From IMG/VR virus record IMGVR_UViG_3300011113_000476, positions 1 to 57,569 of that record: DNA of 57,569 nucleotides; one strand, written 5' to 3'. The first letter of the stretch is position 1, and each line of letters opens with the position of its first letter. Shown here one piece after another: positions 28,448 through 38,504 of the stretch. The notes below the pieces were generated by a model. It saw only the letters and a program-made list of their open reading frames with translations, made no database searches and was not told the DNA's origin. The position numbers were made by a program, and so were the translations under genes. The stretch comes from a virus (lineage: Duplodnaviria; Caudoviricetes).

Positions 28448-29282
28448 ATCGGGTATCGGGTTTTTAACATTTGCACAAAATACTGACAATGTAGACTATC
28501 TTAAATTGGCATATGTTCAGGCATTGAATGTAAAATCTCTACATCCAACTTTTGGATATGCAGTAGTAGTTGATTCTAAGACTGCAAAATCAGTCACAGA
28601 ACAACATAAAAAAGTATTCGATTATGTTGTTGAATTAAGTGAGGAGCAAAGTGCAGCACCTGTGTTTGCCAACGAATACCGTGCATTTCGATTAAGTCCG
28701 TTCAAGGAAACAATTAAACTAGAAAGTGATTTATTGTTTACTCGAAATATTGAGCATTGGTTACCAGCATTCAGACTAAAAAATATTGTGTTAAGCCATG
28801 GCTGCAAAAACTATAAACAATATCCTGGTACATCGAGGCTGCATAGAAAATTTTTCGACGACAATTTACTGCCCGATGTATATAACGGATTGATGTACTT
28901 TAGGCATAGTGTAGAAGCACAACAATTCTTTCACCTGGCAGAAAATATTTTAACCAACTGGGAATATTTAAAAAATAATGTTCTTAAAAATTGTAGAGAA
29001 GACAGTCCTAGCACAGATGTATTGTATGCAATAACTGCTCAAGTTTATGGCATAGAAAACTGCACTATACCTACCATGGATTTTATAAATTTTGTTCATA
29101 TGAAATCGCATATGCAAAATTGGTCAGACCATAGACTATGGACTGACATTGTAAACAATAATTTTGACGAAGGTATGATAAGAATTAATAATTTGAATCA
29201 GTATCACCCCGTTCATTACTATGATAAAAAATTTATTACAGATGAGGTAGTTGATTATTATGAGCAAACATATAGATCCTGA
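28440..29282 (+). CDS. Glycosyltransferase-like protein, paralogue of the previous gene
   Basis: Shares 'FA(Q/F)NT.NVDY.KLA', 'LSP(F/Y)..T...(E/D).D' and 'TDVLYA'. ATG at 28440. Confidence 0.6.
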   Translation: MNKSGIGFLTFAQNTDNVDYLKLAYVQALNVKSLHPTFGYAVVVDSKTAKSVTEQHKKVFDYVVELSEEQSAAPVFANEYRAFRLSPFKETIKLESDLLFTRNIEHWLPAFRLKNIVLSHGCKNYKQYPGTSRLHRKFFDDNLLPDVYNGLMYFRHSVEAQQFFHLAENILTNWEYLKNNVLKNCREDSPSTDVLYAITAQVYGIENCTIPTMDFINFVHMKSHMQNWSDHRLWTDIVNNNFDEGMIRINNLNQYHPVHYYDKKFITDEVVDYYEQTYRS

Positions 29283-29631
29283 ATTATTAAAAGCGTTTCA
29301 AGAATTAATTAAACCTGTTCCTAACATTGAAGTTGAATACAGGGCATACCATAATGACAAAGGCGAAATCATCAGTGTATGTTCTGAACCCAAAGACAAT
29401 CCAATGGCAGAAAACAGCATTGTTATAAATGCAGAAGTTTATGAAAAATCTCATAAGTTTCTCGTCATTAACAAAGAAATTGTGGCCAAATTTTCAGAAG
29501 ATTTGGGAGTAAGACCAGATTTGATTAAAAGTAAAACAGGATTTAAAGTAGTAAAAAATAATCCTGCTTTGTTAGTTGAAAACGAAGAAAATTACACAAA
29601 TATAGAATACTATGAGTACAGAAATAATTGA
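29260..29631 (+). CDS. Hypothetical protein
   Basis: ORF overlapping both neighbours; likely ATG at 29260. Confidence 0.65.
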   Translation: MSKHIDPELLKAFQELIKPVPNIEVEYRAYHNDKGEIISVCSEPKDNPMAENSIVINAEVYEKSHKFLVINKEIVAKFSEDLGVRPDLIKSKTGFKVVKNNPALLVENEENYTNIEYYEYRNN

Positions 29632-30538
29632 TATTGCAGATCTCGATTGTATATTTTTAACCTACGACGAACCGAAAAAAGAAGAATTTTGGATTAAGAT
29701 TCAAAATTTAATTCCATGGGTGAAACGTGTAGATGGTGTTAAAGGCAGCGATGCTGCACATAAAGCCGCCGCCGCGGCCAGCGATACTGATAGGTTTGTA
29801 CTTATAGACGGAGATAACATACCAGACGCTGAATTTTTCAATCTTCAGCTTAAACTTGACCACCATAATCATGACTGTGTATTCAGATGGAAAGCTCGTA
29901 ATCATATCAATGGTTTGATGTACGGCAACGGTGGGATAAGTTGTTGGACTAAAGAATTCGTTAACAATATGCGAACACATGAGGCCACCGACGGCAGAGA
30001 TGAAACTGTAATAGAGTTTTGTTTTGACCCCAAGTATATCCCCATGCATGATTGTTATAGTACTACTTTTCCTAATGCAACACCTTTCCAAGCTTGGCGA
30101 GCTGGGTTCCGAGAAGGTGTTAAGATGTGTTTAGATCGCGGAAAGAAACCCAGCTTACAAGAATTCGAACAAAAAGTTCATGCTCGTAATTACGATCATC
30201 TATGTATTTGGCAAAGTGTTGGTCGAGATGTAGAAAATGGTCGATGGGCTATATACGGCGCTCGATTGGGTACGTATATGACTATGTTGAGAGAATGGGA
30301 CTATAAACAAGTACAAGATTTTGATCACCTTGCATACCTTTGGAACAGTTTTGGCAAAGACGACGAATCTGCCTGTGAAAATATTGGACAAACATTGCGT
30401 ACACGATTGGGATTGTCAATCATTGACATGGACGCAGATCAAAGTGCATTTTTTAAGCATCATTATAAAGCAGTGCATCGCAATATGGGAACAACAATGA
30501 CTGAATTAGATGTTATTCGACGAGTAGAAGGTTGGTAA
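29612..30538 (+). CDS. Glycosyltransferase-like protein (GT-A fold)
   Basis: 'CIFLTYDEP', 'RVDGVKG...AHKAAA', DxD in 'FVLIDGDN' and 'AWRAGFREGVK'. Confidence 0.65.
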   Translation: MSTEIIDIADLDCIFLTYDEPKKEEFWIKIQNLIPWVKRVDGVKGSDAAHKAAAAASDTDRFVLIDGDNIPDAEFFNLQLKLDHHNHDCVFRWKARNHINGLMYGNGGISCWTKEFVNNMRTHEATDGRDETVIEFCFDPKYIPMHDCYSTTFPNATPFQAWRAGFREGVKMCLDRGKKPSLQEFEQKVHARNYDHLCIWQSVGRDVENGRWAIYGARLGTYMTMLREWDYKQVQDFDHLAYLWNSFGKDDESACENIGQTLRTRLGLSIIDMDADQSAFFKHHYKAVHRNMGTTMTELDVIRRVEGW

Positions 30539-30539
30539 T

Positions 30540-31100
30540 ATGAAACTATATGTAGATGGGTGTAGTTTTTTTTATGGTCATTGTTTAGATAGAAACTATG
30601 CATTAGGTTCATTGTTATCTGCAACGGTTGATAAGTCTGGGCCGGGGAAAAGTAACATTTCGATGCTAGAAGATTTATATAAAAATATTAACGATTACGA
30701 TACATTTATAATTGGGTTTACATTTTCCCTTAGGTACTCATTTAACTACTTAGGTAAAAGGCTTTGCATACATCCTAATAAAAAAATTCCTAATTTAGGC
30801 GATCACTCGGGGGCGTCCATTGATGAAGATCTTTTTAAAAAACTAGTAGACTTATATTACTATTTTTCTGACTTAACAGTATTAGACTTGCGATCGGACA
30901 TATATATAGATTCTGCTATAAGATTACTAGAACAACATAATAAAAAATTTATAATTGCAAGTTGGGAACCTCGCAATATAAAACATAAAAATTTATTTTA
31001 TCCTAGAAAAATGTTGTCTGCAGATATGCTACTGCCGGATGCACATTTAAATGAAAAAGGTATGACATGGTTAGCAAATAAAATCAAGGAAATGATGTGA
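30540..31100 (+). CDS. SGNH/GDSL-fold protein (esterase or O-acyltransferase-like)
   Basis: Block I 'VDGCSF', block II 'GPGKSN' and block V 'DAHLN'. Confidence 0.6.
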   Translation: MKLYVDGCSFFYGHCLDRNYALGSLLSATVDKSGPGKSNISMLEDLYKNINDYDTFIIGFTFSLRYSFNYLGKRLCIHPNKKIPNLGDHSGASIDEDLFKKLVDLYYYFSDLTVLDLRSDIYIDSAIRLLEQHNKKFIIASWEPRNIKHKNLFYPRKMLSADMLLPDAHLNEKGMTWLANKIKEMM

Positions 31101-32485
31101 AAAGTGTATTTTTAACTAGTGCAGAAGATGCAAAAGAAAAATTAGGGCCGGCGATGTGCTTGGCTAAATGGAAACAAGTCAGTCTGCATTTGCCCACAGG
31201 TCTTAATAACAGTTGTTATCATCCGCCCTTACACAAAATTGACTCAACGCTATTAAAAGATAATCCCAGCGCATTGCATAATACTCTTTATAAAAAAGAA
31301 CAGCGCAAAATTATGTTACGTAACGAACGTCCACAGGAATGTAGCTATTGTTGGACACAAGAAGATTTGGGAAATTTAAGCGATAGACATTACCGCAGTG
31401 GCGAACCCTGGGCAGCAAAAGATTTTGAAACAATATCTAATTCGACCGGAGATGAAGATGCAGTGCCTTCTTATGTAGAAGTTAATTTTAATAATGCTTG
31501 CAACCTAGCTTGTAGTTATTGTAGTCCTCAATATTCCAGCAGTTGGGCCAGTGACATAGAACGTAATGGCGCCTTCCCTACTAATCCGCCGCACAATGAT
31601 CCCAATCATTTTATGGGAGATAGAAAAGTTATACCTGCAAGGGAAGATAATCCTTATGTTGATGCTTTTTGGTCTTGGTGGCCGAAATTATACTCCGAGT
31701 TAGAACATTTTAGAATGACAGGTGGCGAACCGTTAATGGATAAAAATACATATCGTGTGTTCGATTATGTATTAGAAAATCCTAGCCCCAAATTACATTT
31801 AAACGTAACTTCTAATTTCAGCGTTGAGTCTGCATTGTTTGACAAGTATTTGGATTATGTAAAAAGACTTTGTGACAATGAAAATAAAAAAATCGAGCAT
31901 TTCATGCAGTATGTCAGTATAGATGCCACTTTCATGCAGGCTGAATATATCAGACATGGATTAAACTTTGAAAGATTTTGGAACAATATCAACAGATTTT
32001 TATATGAAGTTCCTAATCGTAGTAGTTTGACGTTCATAATTACTATGAATAACTTAAATGTGATGGGACTTCAAAATTTATTAGGCTGTATACTTGGACT
32101 TAGGCAAATACACAGTAAAACATATCAACGTGTTTGGTTTGATACTCCGATTCTTCGCAAACCAGAATGGCAAAGTTTGCAACTATTACCTGAAAGCTAT
32201 GTCGATCAGCTGGAGACATCTTGGAGTTTCATGATTACAAAAATGGAACAGCCCGAAACTCCATTTCACGGATTCAAAGACTACGAAGTTCAGCGGTTAC
32301 AACGAGTAATCGATTGGATGAGAGAAGGTAGCAAGTTGGATCCTGAATATGTTAAAATGCAAAAAGCAAATTTTTATAAATTTTTTAATGAACATGATCG
32401 ACGTCGGGGGACTAATTTTATTTTGGCATTTCCTGAAATGGTAGAATTTTGGAAGGAATGCAAATTCTATGCAAAAACTGCCTGA
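31097..32485 (+). CDS. Radical SAM protein with N-terminal twitch-like domain (#1)
   Basis: CNLACSYC and TGGEP motifs. N-terminal C-x-AKW...SCYH...CSYCW. Confidence 0.9.
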   Translation: MKSVFLTSAEDAKEKLGPAMCLAKWKQVSLHLPTGLNNSCYHPPLHKIDSTLLKDNPSALHNTLYKKEQRKIMLRNERPQECSYCWTQEDLGNLSDRHYRSGEPWAAKDFETISNSTGDEDAVPSYVEVNFNNACNLACSYCSPQYSSSWASDIERNGAFPTNPPHNDPNHFMGDRKVIPAREDNPYVDAFWSWWPKLYSELEHFRMTGGEPLMDKNTYRVFDYVLENPSPKLHLNVTSNFSVESALFDKYLDYVKRLCDNENKKIEHFMQYVSIDATFMQAEYIRHGLNFERFWNNINRFLYEVPNRSSLTFIITMNNLNVMGLQNLLGCILGLRQIHSKTYQRVWFDTPILRKPEWQSLQLLPESYVDQLETSWSFMITKMEQPETPFHGFKDYEVQRLQRVIDWMREGSKLDPEYVKMQKANFYKFFNEHDRRRGTNFILAFPEMVEFWKECKFYAKTA

Positions 32486-33614
32486 TACCTTCTGTCCAGC
32501 TAAATGGGACGAGCTAATCATTAATACTAGTTATAATTATGTGTATGGTTGCTGTAAAGCAAGACCGGAAAAATTTATCAACGACTATAATGAAATAATC
32601 GATTATCAAAAACAAAATTTATTAAACAACGTACAAGATCCCAGTTGTTCGTACTGTTGGAATTCTGAGAAAACAAACGGTACCAGTCTTAGAACTCAAT
32701 TATTAAAGAAATTCGAAGTATCGAAATTCGATGAATATAAAAATAATAAATCGCCTAAAGTAATTGAAATTAATGTTGGCAATGCTTGCAATATGCAATG
32801 CATGTATTGTAATCCAAAGTTTAGCAGTCAATGGGAAAAAGATATACAAAATCAAAAATATCAATTGTTTACAGATAGACATGTCTACAGTGTAGATATT
32901 AAAAATAAGCAATTAGTAGATGAAAATTTAGAATTGTTAACCACTCTGAAATTTGAAACTCTGAGAATAATAGGCGGCGAACCATTAATAAATAAAAATT
33001 TTTTTAGTATCTTAGATACAATAGAACATAAAGGAATTTTAGATGTAACTTCAAATTTAATGGTCGATAAAAAATCAATAGATAAACTACTATCTAATAA
33101 AAATAAATTCAAATATATTATAATAAATGTCAGTTTAGATGCTTGCAAGGAAATATCAGAATTTGTTAGGTATGGTCTCGATTATGATTTATTTTTGAAA
33201 AATTTAGACTATCTATTAGAACGCAGTGAAGAAAATATCAAAATTAATATATTGAGTTTGATGACTAATTTAACTCTCTGCGATATTGAACACTTTTCAT
33301 CTAGTGTAATACTGCCCAGAATAGAAAAATATAAAGATAAATTTCATTGGGCATTGTCGTATGGTCAAAATCCCAGAATTCAAAGCATTGAAGCAACTCC
33401 GGATAACATTAAAAAACAAGCAGAGACTGTGTTATTAACTTTGTTAGATAATAAAAATATAAAGAATGTTGACATTGTGTTAAGTATATTGTCTTCAACC
33501 AAATTTAATAAAACTTTATTTTCAGAATTTTTACACTTTTTAAAACAATGGGAAGATAGAAAAAACATAACTCTTCCTAACAAAGTCAAGGATCTTTTAA
33601 ATGCAAAAGATTAA
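32469..33614 (+). CDS. Radical SAM protein with N-terminal twitch-like domain (#2)
   Basis: CNMQCMYC and IGGEP motifs. N-terminal CPAKW...GCC...CSYCW. Confidence 0.9.
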   Translation: MQKLPDTFCPAKWDELIINTSYNYVYGCCKARPEKFINDYNEIIDYQKQNLLNNVQDPSCSYCWNSEKTNGTSLRTQLLKKFEVSKFDEYKNNKSPKVIEINVGNACNMQCMYCNPKFSSQWEKDIQNQKYQLFTDRHVYSVDIKNKQLVDENLELLTTLKFETLRIIGGEPLINKNFFSILDTIEHKGILDVTSNLMVDKKSIDKLLSNKNKFKYIIINVSLDACKEISEFVRYGLDYDLFLKNLDYLLERSEENIKINILSLMTNLTLCDIEHFSSSVILPRIEKYKDKFHWALSYGQNPRIQSIEATPDNIKKQAETVLLTLLDNKNIKNVDIVLSILSSTKFNKTLFSEFLHFLKQWEDRKNITLPNKVKDLLNAKD

Positions 33615-34638
33615 AATTAATTCGTTACAAGGAGAAGATGTAAATTTTTTTAGCTGGTATCCTAATAATTTTAATATCATCGAACACGAATCGATTGATG
33701 CCTTACTATCCTCAAATGATATAATCATTTTAACTAAAAATATTTTAAAAAAATACGGCATACCTGATTGTAATAAAATTTTTATATTAAACATATTACA
33801 AGAAGGAACAAATACAGTAATAGATACATTACACCGGTGTAATTGGATAGATCAAAAAACATGGCCGTTTATATTATCTTCGGGGGATTTACCTGATACT
33901 GTGAATCATTTCAATTTGGATATATTTAAATTTATATTAGGAAATACTACCGATATTTTGCATAAACGCGATTCAGAAATTTGTGAAAAAATTTTTGAAA
34001 AAAGAAATAAACCTTTTTTATTTAATTTTTTAAATGGAGTTAGTAGGCCGCACAGATCTTCATTAATTGAAAAATTAAATAAAAAAGATCTATTAGAAAA
34101 AAGCTTGTGGTCAGCTTTATACGATAACAAATTTTTGCCTGATGATTACTGCTTTCAATTTAAAAAAGACACAGTGGTTAACGGAAATTACATTTTTGAT
34201 GACTGGCCTGCAGGGCAACTTTTTTCAAATATATTTGAAGACAGTTACTTCAGTCTTGTCACAGAAACGAACTTTTATCTGCCTTATAGTTTTAGGACAG
34301 AAAAAATTTACAAGCCTATTAAAGTAGGACATCCGTTTATTGCAGTTGCAAATTATGGATTCTATAGAGATTTACACAATCTTGGATTTAAAACTTTTAA
34401 TCATTTAATCGATGAATCCTTTGATCTAATAGATAATAATGATGATAGATTAACTCGAATTTCGGACATAGTTGAAGATTTATGTAAATCTAATTTAGAG
34501 GATTTTTTATCCGCAGCCGAACAAAACTGTCGACACAATAGAGAACTTTTGATGTCGACTAATACTCCCAATGAAGACATTGATGTAGTAAATAAATTTT
34601 TAATAAAATTTGAACAATATGCCAAGAATAAACAATGA
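33601..34638 (+). CDS. Glycosyltransferase-like protein (GT-B; GT10/exostosin-like C-terminal domain)
   Basis: 'FNFLNG..RPHR' and 'SYFSLVTET...RTEKIYKPI..GHPFI...LGFKTF...DESFD'. Confidence 0.55.
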   Translation: MQKIKINSLQGEDVNFFSWYPNNFNIIEHESIDALLSSNDIIILTKNILKKYGIPDCNKIFILNILQEGTNTVIDTLHRCNWIDQKTWPFILSSGDLPDTVNHFNLDIFKFILGNTTDILHKRDSEICEKIFEKRNKPFLFNFLNGVSRPHRSSLIEKLNKKDLLEKSLWSALYDNKFLPDDYCFQFKKDTVVNGNYIFDDWPAGQLFSNIFEDSYFSLVTETNFYLPYSFRTEKIYKPIKVGHPFIAVANYGFYRDLHNLGFKTFNHLIDESFDLIDNNDDRLTRISDIVEDLCKSNLEDFLSAAEQNCRHNRELLMSTNTPNEDIDVVNKFLIKFEQYAKNKQ

Positions 34639-35968
34639 AACAGACTTAGATTACAAACGCAGAGTAATCGACATTAAATCAAATTCTTTTTGCGGAGCTA
34701 AGTGGTATAATGCTACTATATGGTTGGGCAGCGGTATGACCACAAGTTGTCACCATCCGTTGCCGCACAAAGTAGAAATTGACGACGTTGAACGAAATCC
34801 CAAGGCATTGCATAATACACAAAAAAAGAAAATGGAGCGCGAACAGATGCAAAAAGGGGAGCGCCCATCTGGTTGCGAATACTGCTGGAAGATTGAGGAC
34901 ATGGGCCGAGATGCAGTCAGCGATCGTGTATACAAAACTGTAATTTACACTGATGAAGACTTGGCATATGCATATAGAACACCTGCCCGAGAAGATTTCA
35001 ATCTTAAAACTCTTGAAATTGCTTTTGACAGAACTTGTCAGTTTGCTTGTAGTTATTGTAACCCTGCTTTTAGTAGCACATGGGTCAACGATATTAAACG
35101 CAACGGACCTTATACTAATCTGGTCAGTGATGGTAGAAATCATTTTACACACACCCATGATAGTTCACAACTTTACAAATTCGGCGAAGCCAATCCATAT
35201 GTCGAAGCATTTCATAAATGGTGGGAAAGTGATCTTCATAAAACACTGGGCGAATTACGCATTACCGGTGGAGAGCCGTTAATGAGTGCAGAAACTTGGA
35301 AATTATTAGATTGGTTTAAAGCAAATAAAGGTCGTAGCAAAACTCGACTTGCCATCAATAGTAATTTAGGATATCAAGTTGATATAGATAGACTAATTGA
35401 CAGTGTGGATGGACTTGAAATAGATTTGTACACTAGCAATGAAAGCGAATATGATCAAGCAGAATATATACGCGATGGGTTGAATTACAATCTATGGTTG
35501 GAAAATGTTATAAAACTTGCAGAAAGTAAAAAGTTTTATAGACTGCATGTGATGTGTACGATCAATGCATTATGTTTAGATACATTGCCTGATTTCTTAG
35601 ATTCGATGGTTAATTTAAAAAAAGATTTTGGCCGAGACTTTCCTAATTTTACATTAAACATTTTACGTTTCCCAAGTTTTCAAAGTCCATTAATATTGCC
35701 AGACGAAATTAAAACAAAATATCGTAATCGATTAATTGATTTTATTGTCCGACACAAAGGGCATAACTATTTACATGAGCATGAAATAAATCATGTATCG
35801 CGTTTAATAGATTATTTGGATGTTGTTAAGACACCCCACAGTGATTCTTTTGAATTACCAAAATTAACAAACGATTTTAAACAATTTTACACACAATACG
35901 ATCAACGCAGAGGCAAAGATTTCTGTAAGACGTTTCCTGCACTAGCAGATTGGTACAATACATTATGA
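34619..35968 (+). CDS. Radical SAM protein with N-terminal twitch-like domain (#3)
   Basis: CQFACSYC and TGGEP motifs. N-terminal CGAKW...SCHH...CEYCW. Closest to #1. Confidence 0.9.
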   Translation: MPRINNETDLDYKRRVIDIKSNSFCGAKWYNATIWLGSGMTTSCHHPLPHKVEIDDVERNPKALHNTQKKKMEREQMQKGERPSGCEYCWKIEDMGRDAVSDRVYKTVIYTDEDLAYAYRTPAREDFNLKTLEIAFDRTCQFACSYCNPAFSSTWVNDIKRNGPYTNLVSDGRNHFTHTHDSSQLYKFGEANPYVEAFHKWWESDLHKTLGELRITGGEPLMSAETWKLLDWFKANKGRSKTRLAINSNLGYQVDIDRLIDSVDGLEIDLYTSNESEYDQAEYIRDGLNYNLWLENVIKLAESKKFYRLHVMCTINALCLDTLPDFLDSMVNLKKDFGRDFPNFTLNILRFPSFQSPLILPDEIKTKYRNRLIDFIVRHKGHNYLHEHEINHVSRLIDYLDVVKTPHSDSFELPKLTNDFKQFYTQYDQRRGKDFCKTFPALADWYNTL

Positions 35969-37302
35969 GTGAAGACAAAAAAACTGATAGATTTTATAAA
36001 CGCGGCTACGACTACAATAGTCGAAAACCACTGTTTATAGATTCAGATTCTCTCACAGAAACACAGATTAATAGACTGACAAATAGTAAGTCTTTCTGTA
36101 TGTTACCGTGGGTACATCAACATGCTTATCCAGATGGCAGAGTGTATCCTTGTTGTTTTGCAGAATACTTTCATCCCATTGGTAATCTTAAAAACAACAC
36201 TATGCGAGAAGTTTGGAATCAAGAAGGTTACAAAGAGATTCGACGGTCGATGCTTGAAGACAAACCTGTAAAACAATGTACTAAATGCTATGAACAGGAA
36301 GCCAATGGCTTTTTTAGTATGCGTTACGATGCTAATAGAAGCTACGGACATAATATTGCAGAAGTCGACAAAACTCTGCCAGACGGCACACATCCTGAAT
36401 TTAAAATTAGATATTGGGACGTTAGATTTAGCAATCTCTGCAATTTTCGTTGCAGAACTTGCGGCCCAGTTTTTAGCAGTAACTGGTATAATGATCATGT
36501 TAAATTATTCAACAGAGTGCCAGATGTAAATGGCAAAGATCTGGCCAGAATTGAATATGCTGCTGGCGACGAAGAACATATGATTCGTCAAATGGAAGAA
36601 CATATTCCTTATCTAGAACAAGTTTATTTTGCTGGTGGCGAACCTTTAATTATGAAGGAACACTACTATCTATTAGAAAAACTTATCGAAGCAGGTCGTA
36701 CTGACGTTTGTATTCAATACAATACAAATTTTAGTGAACTAGCGTTTAAAGACAAACATGTATTCGAATACTGGAAACATTTCAGAACTGTGGGAGTAGG
36801 AGCCAGTTTAGATGCCAGTGGGGCCAGAGCAGAATTAATGAGAAAAGGCACAGACTGGAAACAAACAGTTCGCAATCGTGAACGTATGTTAGAAGAGGTA
36901 CCGCATGTAGATTTTTATATTGCATCTACTATTAGTGCTATGAATGTGTTACATATTTTAGATTTTCATAAAGAATGGGTTGATATGGGATTTATTAAGC
37001 CCAAAGATTTTAATGTGAATATTTGTCAAAGTCCCGAATGGTATAGGATTGATTTATTTCCACAAGAATTTAAAGAGCGAGTTATTAAACCCGCGTATGA
37101 ACAACACATTGAATGGTTAGAACCTCGGGACTCATTGAAACGAGCAACGACTGGGTTTAAGAGTGCTATTAATTTTTTAATGGCCACCGATGGTACGCAG
37201 CATTGGAATAAATTTAGACAAGAAATCGAGTTACTAGACAATCTCAGAGGGGAGAATTTTTGGAGTACTTTCCCCGAATTAAATGAATTAAAAAATAAAT
37301 GA
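35965..37302 (+). CDS. Radical SAM protein with N-terminal twitch-like domain (#4)
   Basis: CNFRCRTC and AGGEP motifs. N-terminal CMLPW...PDGRVYPCC...IGNL...CTKC is a SPASM/twitch pattern. ATGA overlap at 35965. Confidence 0.92.
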   Translation: MSEDKKTDRFYKRGYDYNSRKPLFIDSDSLTETQINRLTNSKSFCMLPWVHQHAYPDGRVYPCCFAEYFHPIGNLKNNTMREVWNQEGYKEIRRSMLEDKPVKQCTKCYEQEANGFFSMRYDANRSYGHNIAEVDKTLPDGTHPEFKIRYWDVRFSNLCNFRCRTCGPVFSSNWYNDHVKLFNRVPDVNGKDLARIEYAAGDEEHMIRQMEEHIPYLEQVYFAGGEPLIMKEHYYLLEKLIEAGRTDVCIQYNTNFSELAFKDKHVFEYWKHFRTVGVGASLDASGARAELMRKGTDWKQTVRNRERMLEEVPHVDFYIASTISAMNVLHILDFHKEWVDMGFIKPKDFNVNICQSPEWYRIDLFPQEFKERVIKPAYEQHIEWLEPRDSLKRATTGFKSAINFLMATDGTQHWNKFRQEIELLDNLRGENFWSTFPELNELKNK

Positions 37303-38504
37303 CATTACCTAATACTATTTGTATGCTACCTTGGATTAGTATAGAGTCTAGTCCAACAGGAACTTCTAGGCCGTGTTGTTTGGCTAGAGAAGAAATTACA
37401 GGCATCGATTTGCGAATGCATACATTAGAAGATGCATATAAAAGTGACTATATGCAGAATCTACGTAGGCAATTTCGTGCAGGAGAAAAACCTGCAACCT
37501 GTAAACTGTGTTGGGATGAAGAAGCAGCAGGCCGGGACAGTAAACGTATACACAGTCAAGTTAGACTCAAAGAACTGTACCCATTGGTCGATTGGCAAAA
37601 TGATTTACCAGATCAATTATGGTTTATTGATTTAAAACTAGGTAATATTTGCAATTTGAAATGTAGAATATGCGGAAGCTGGAGTAGTAGCAAGTGGGCA
37701 GCAGAAGAATTAGATTATCTCCCACAAGGGTACGATAGAAAAAAACATATTGCATACACTTGGCTTAAGCAAGGCCGATGGCCAGAGGAAAGTCCCGATT
37801 TCTGGAAGAACTTAAAATCATTGCTGCCTAATATTAAGTATTTTGAATTTACTGGGGGTGAACCTTGGTTAATCGAAGAACATTGGGATTTACTACGATA
37901 TGCCGTGACTACAGGCGACAGCAAACACATCGATATTCATTATAATACCAATGCAACTGTGGATGGGTTAGGTATACAAAAATCAGCTTTATGGAATCAT
38001 TTTGGTCGTGTAGACATTGCATTTAGCATCGACAATGTTGGTGCAAGATTTGAATATGAACGATATGGCGCAGATTGGGACAAGGCCAACGAAATAATCG
38101 ATGGCGTTCATTTTGCACGAGCCGTCGACACACCTAATATTACTACTCAACTTTGTTTTACAATTAATATTCAAAACGTCTACTACATAGATGAACTACT
38201 AGCCTGGGCAAGTACTAAAACTTTCGACAGCATTTATTTTAATATGTTACACAGCCCTGATCATATGAGTATTCAACGATTAACTCCTACAGCCAAAGAA
38301 TTAGTTTTGAATAAACTTAAAACAACTTTTTGGAATACAAAGGAACATCACCAAGAAATTGAGAATGTAATTAAATTTATCGAAAACGGTATAGGCAGTG
38401 ACGGACAAGAATTTTTAAACAACATGAAACGGACAGATCAATATCGTAAACAAAATTTTATGGATACGCACCCAGAAATAGCCAAGGCCATGGGTTATGA
38501 TTAA
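37299..38504 (+). CDS. Radical SAM protein with N-terminal twitch-like domain (#5)
   Basis: CNLKCRIC and TGGEP motifs. N-terminal CMLPW...PCC...CKLCW. Confidence 0.92.
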   Translation: MTLPNTICMLPWISIESSPTGTSRPCCLAREEITGIDLRMHTLEDAYKSDYMQNLRRQFRAGEKPATCKLCWDEEAAGRDSKRIHSQVRLKELYPLVDWQNDLPDQLWFIDLKLGNICNLKCRICGSWSSSKWAAEELDYLPQGYDRKKHIAYTWLKQGRWPEESPDFWKNLKSLLPNIKYFEFTGGEPWLIEEHWDLLRYAVTTGDSKHIDIHYNTNATVDGLGIQKSALWNHFGRVDIAFSIDNVGARFEYERYGADWDKANEIIDGVHFARAVDTPNITTQLCFTINIQNVYYIDELLAWASTKTFDSIYFNMLHSPDHMSIQRLTPTAKELVLNKLKTTFWNTKEHHQEIENVIKFIENGIGSDGQEFLNNMKRTDQYRKQNFMDTHPEIAKAMGYD

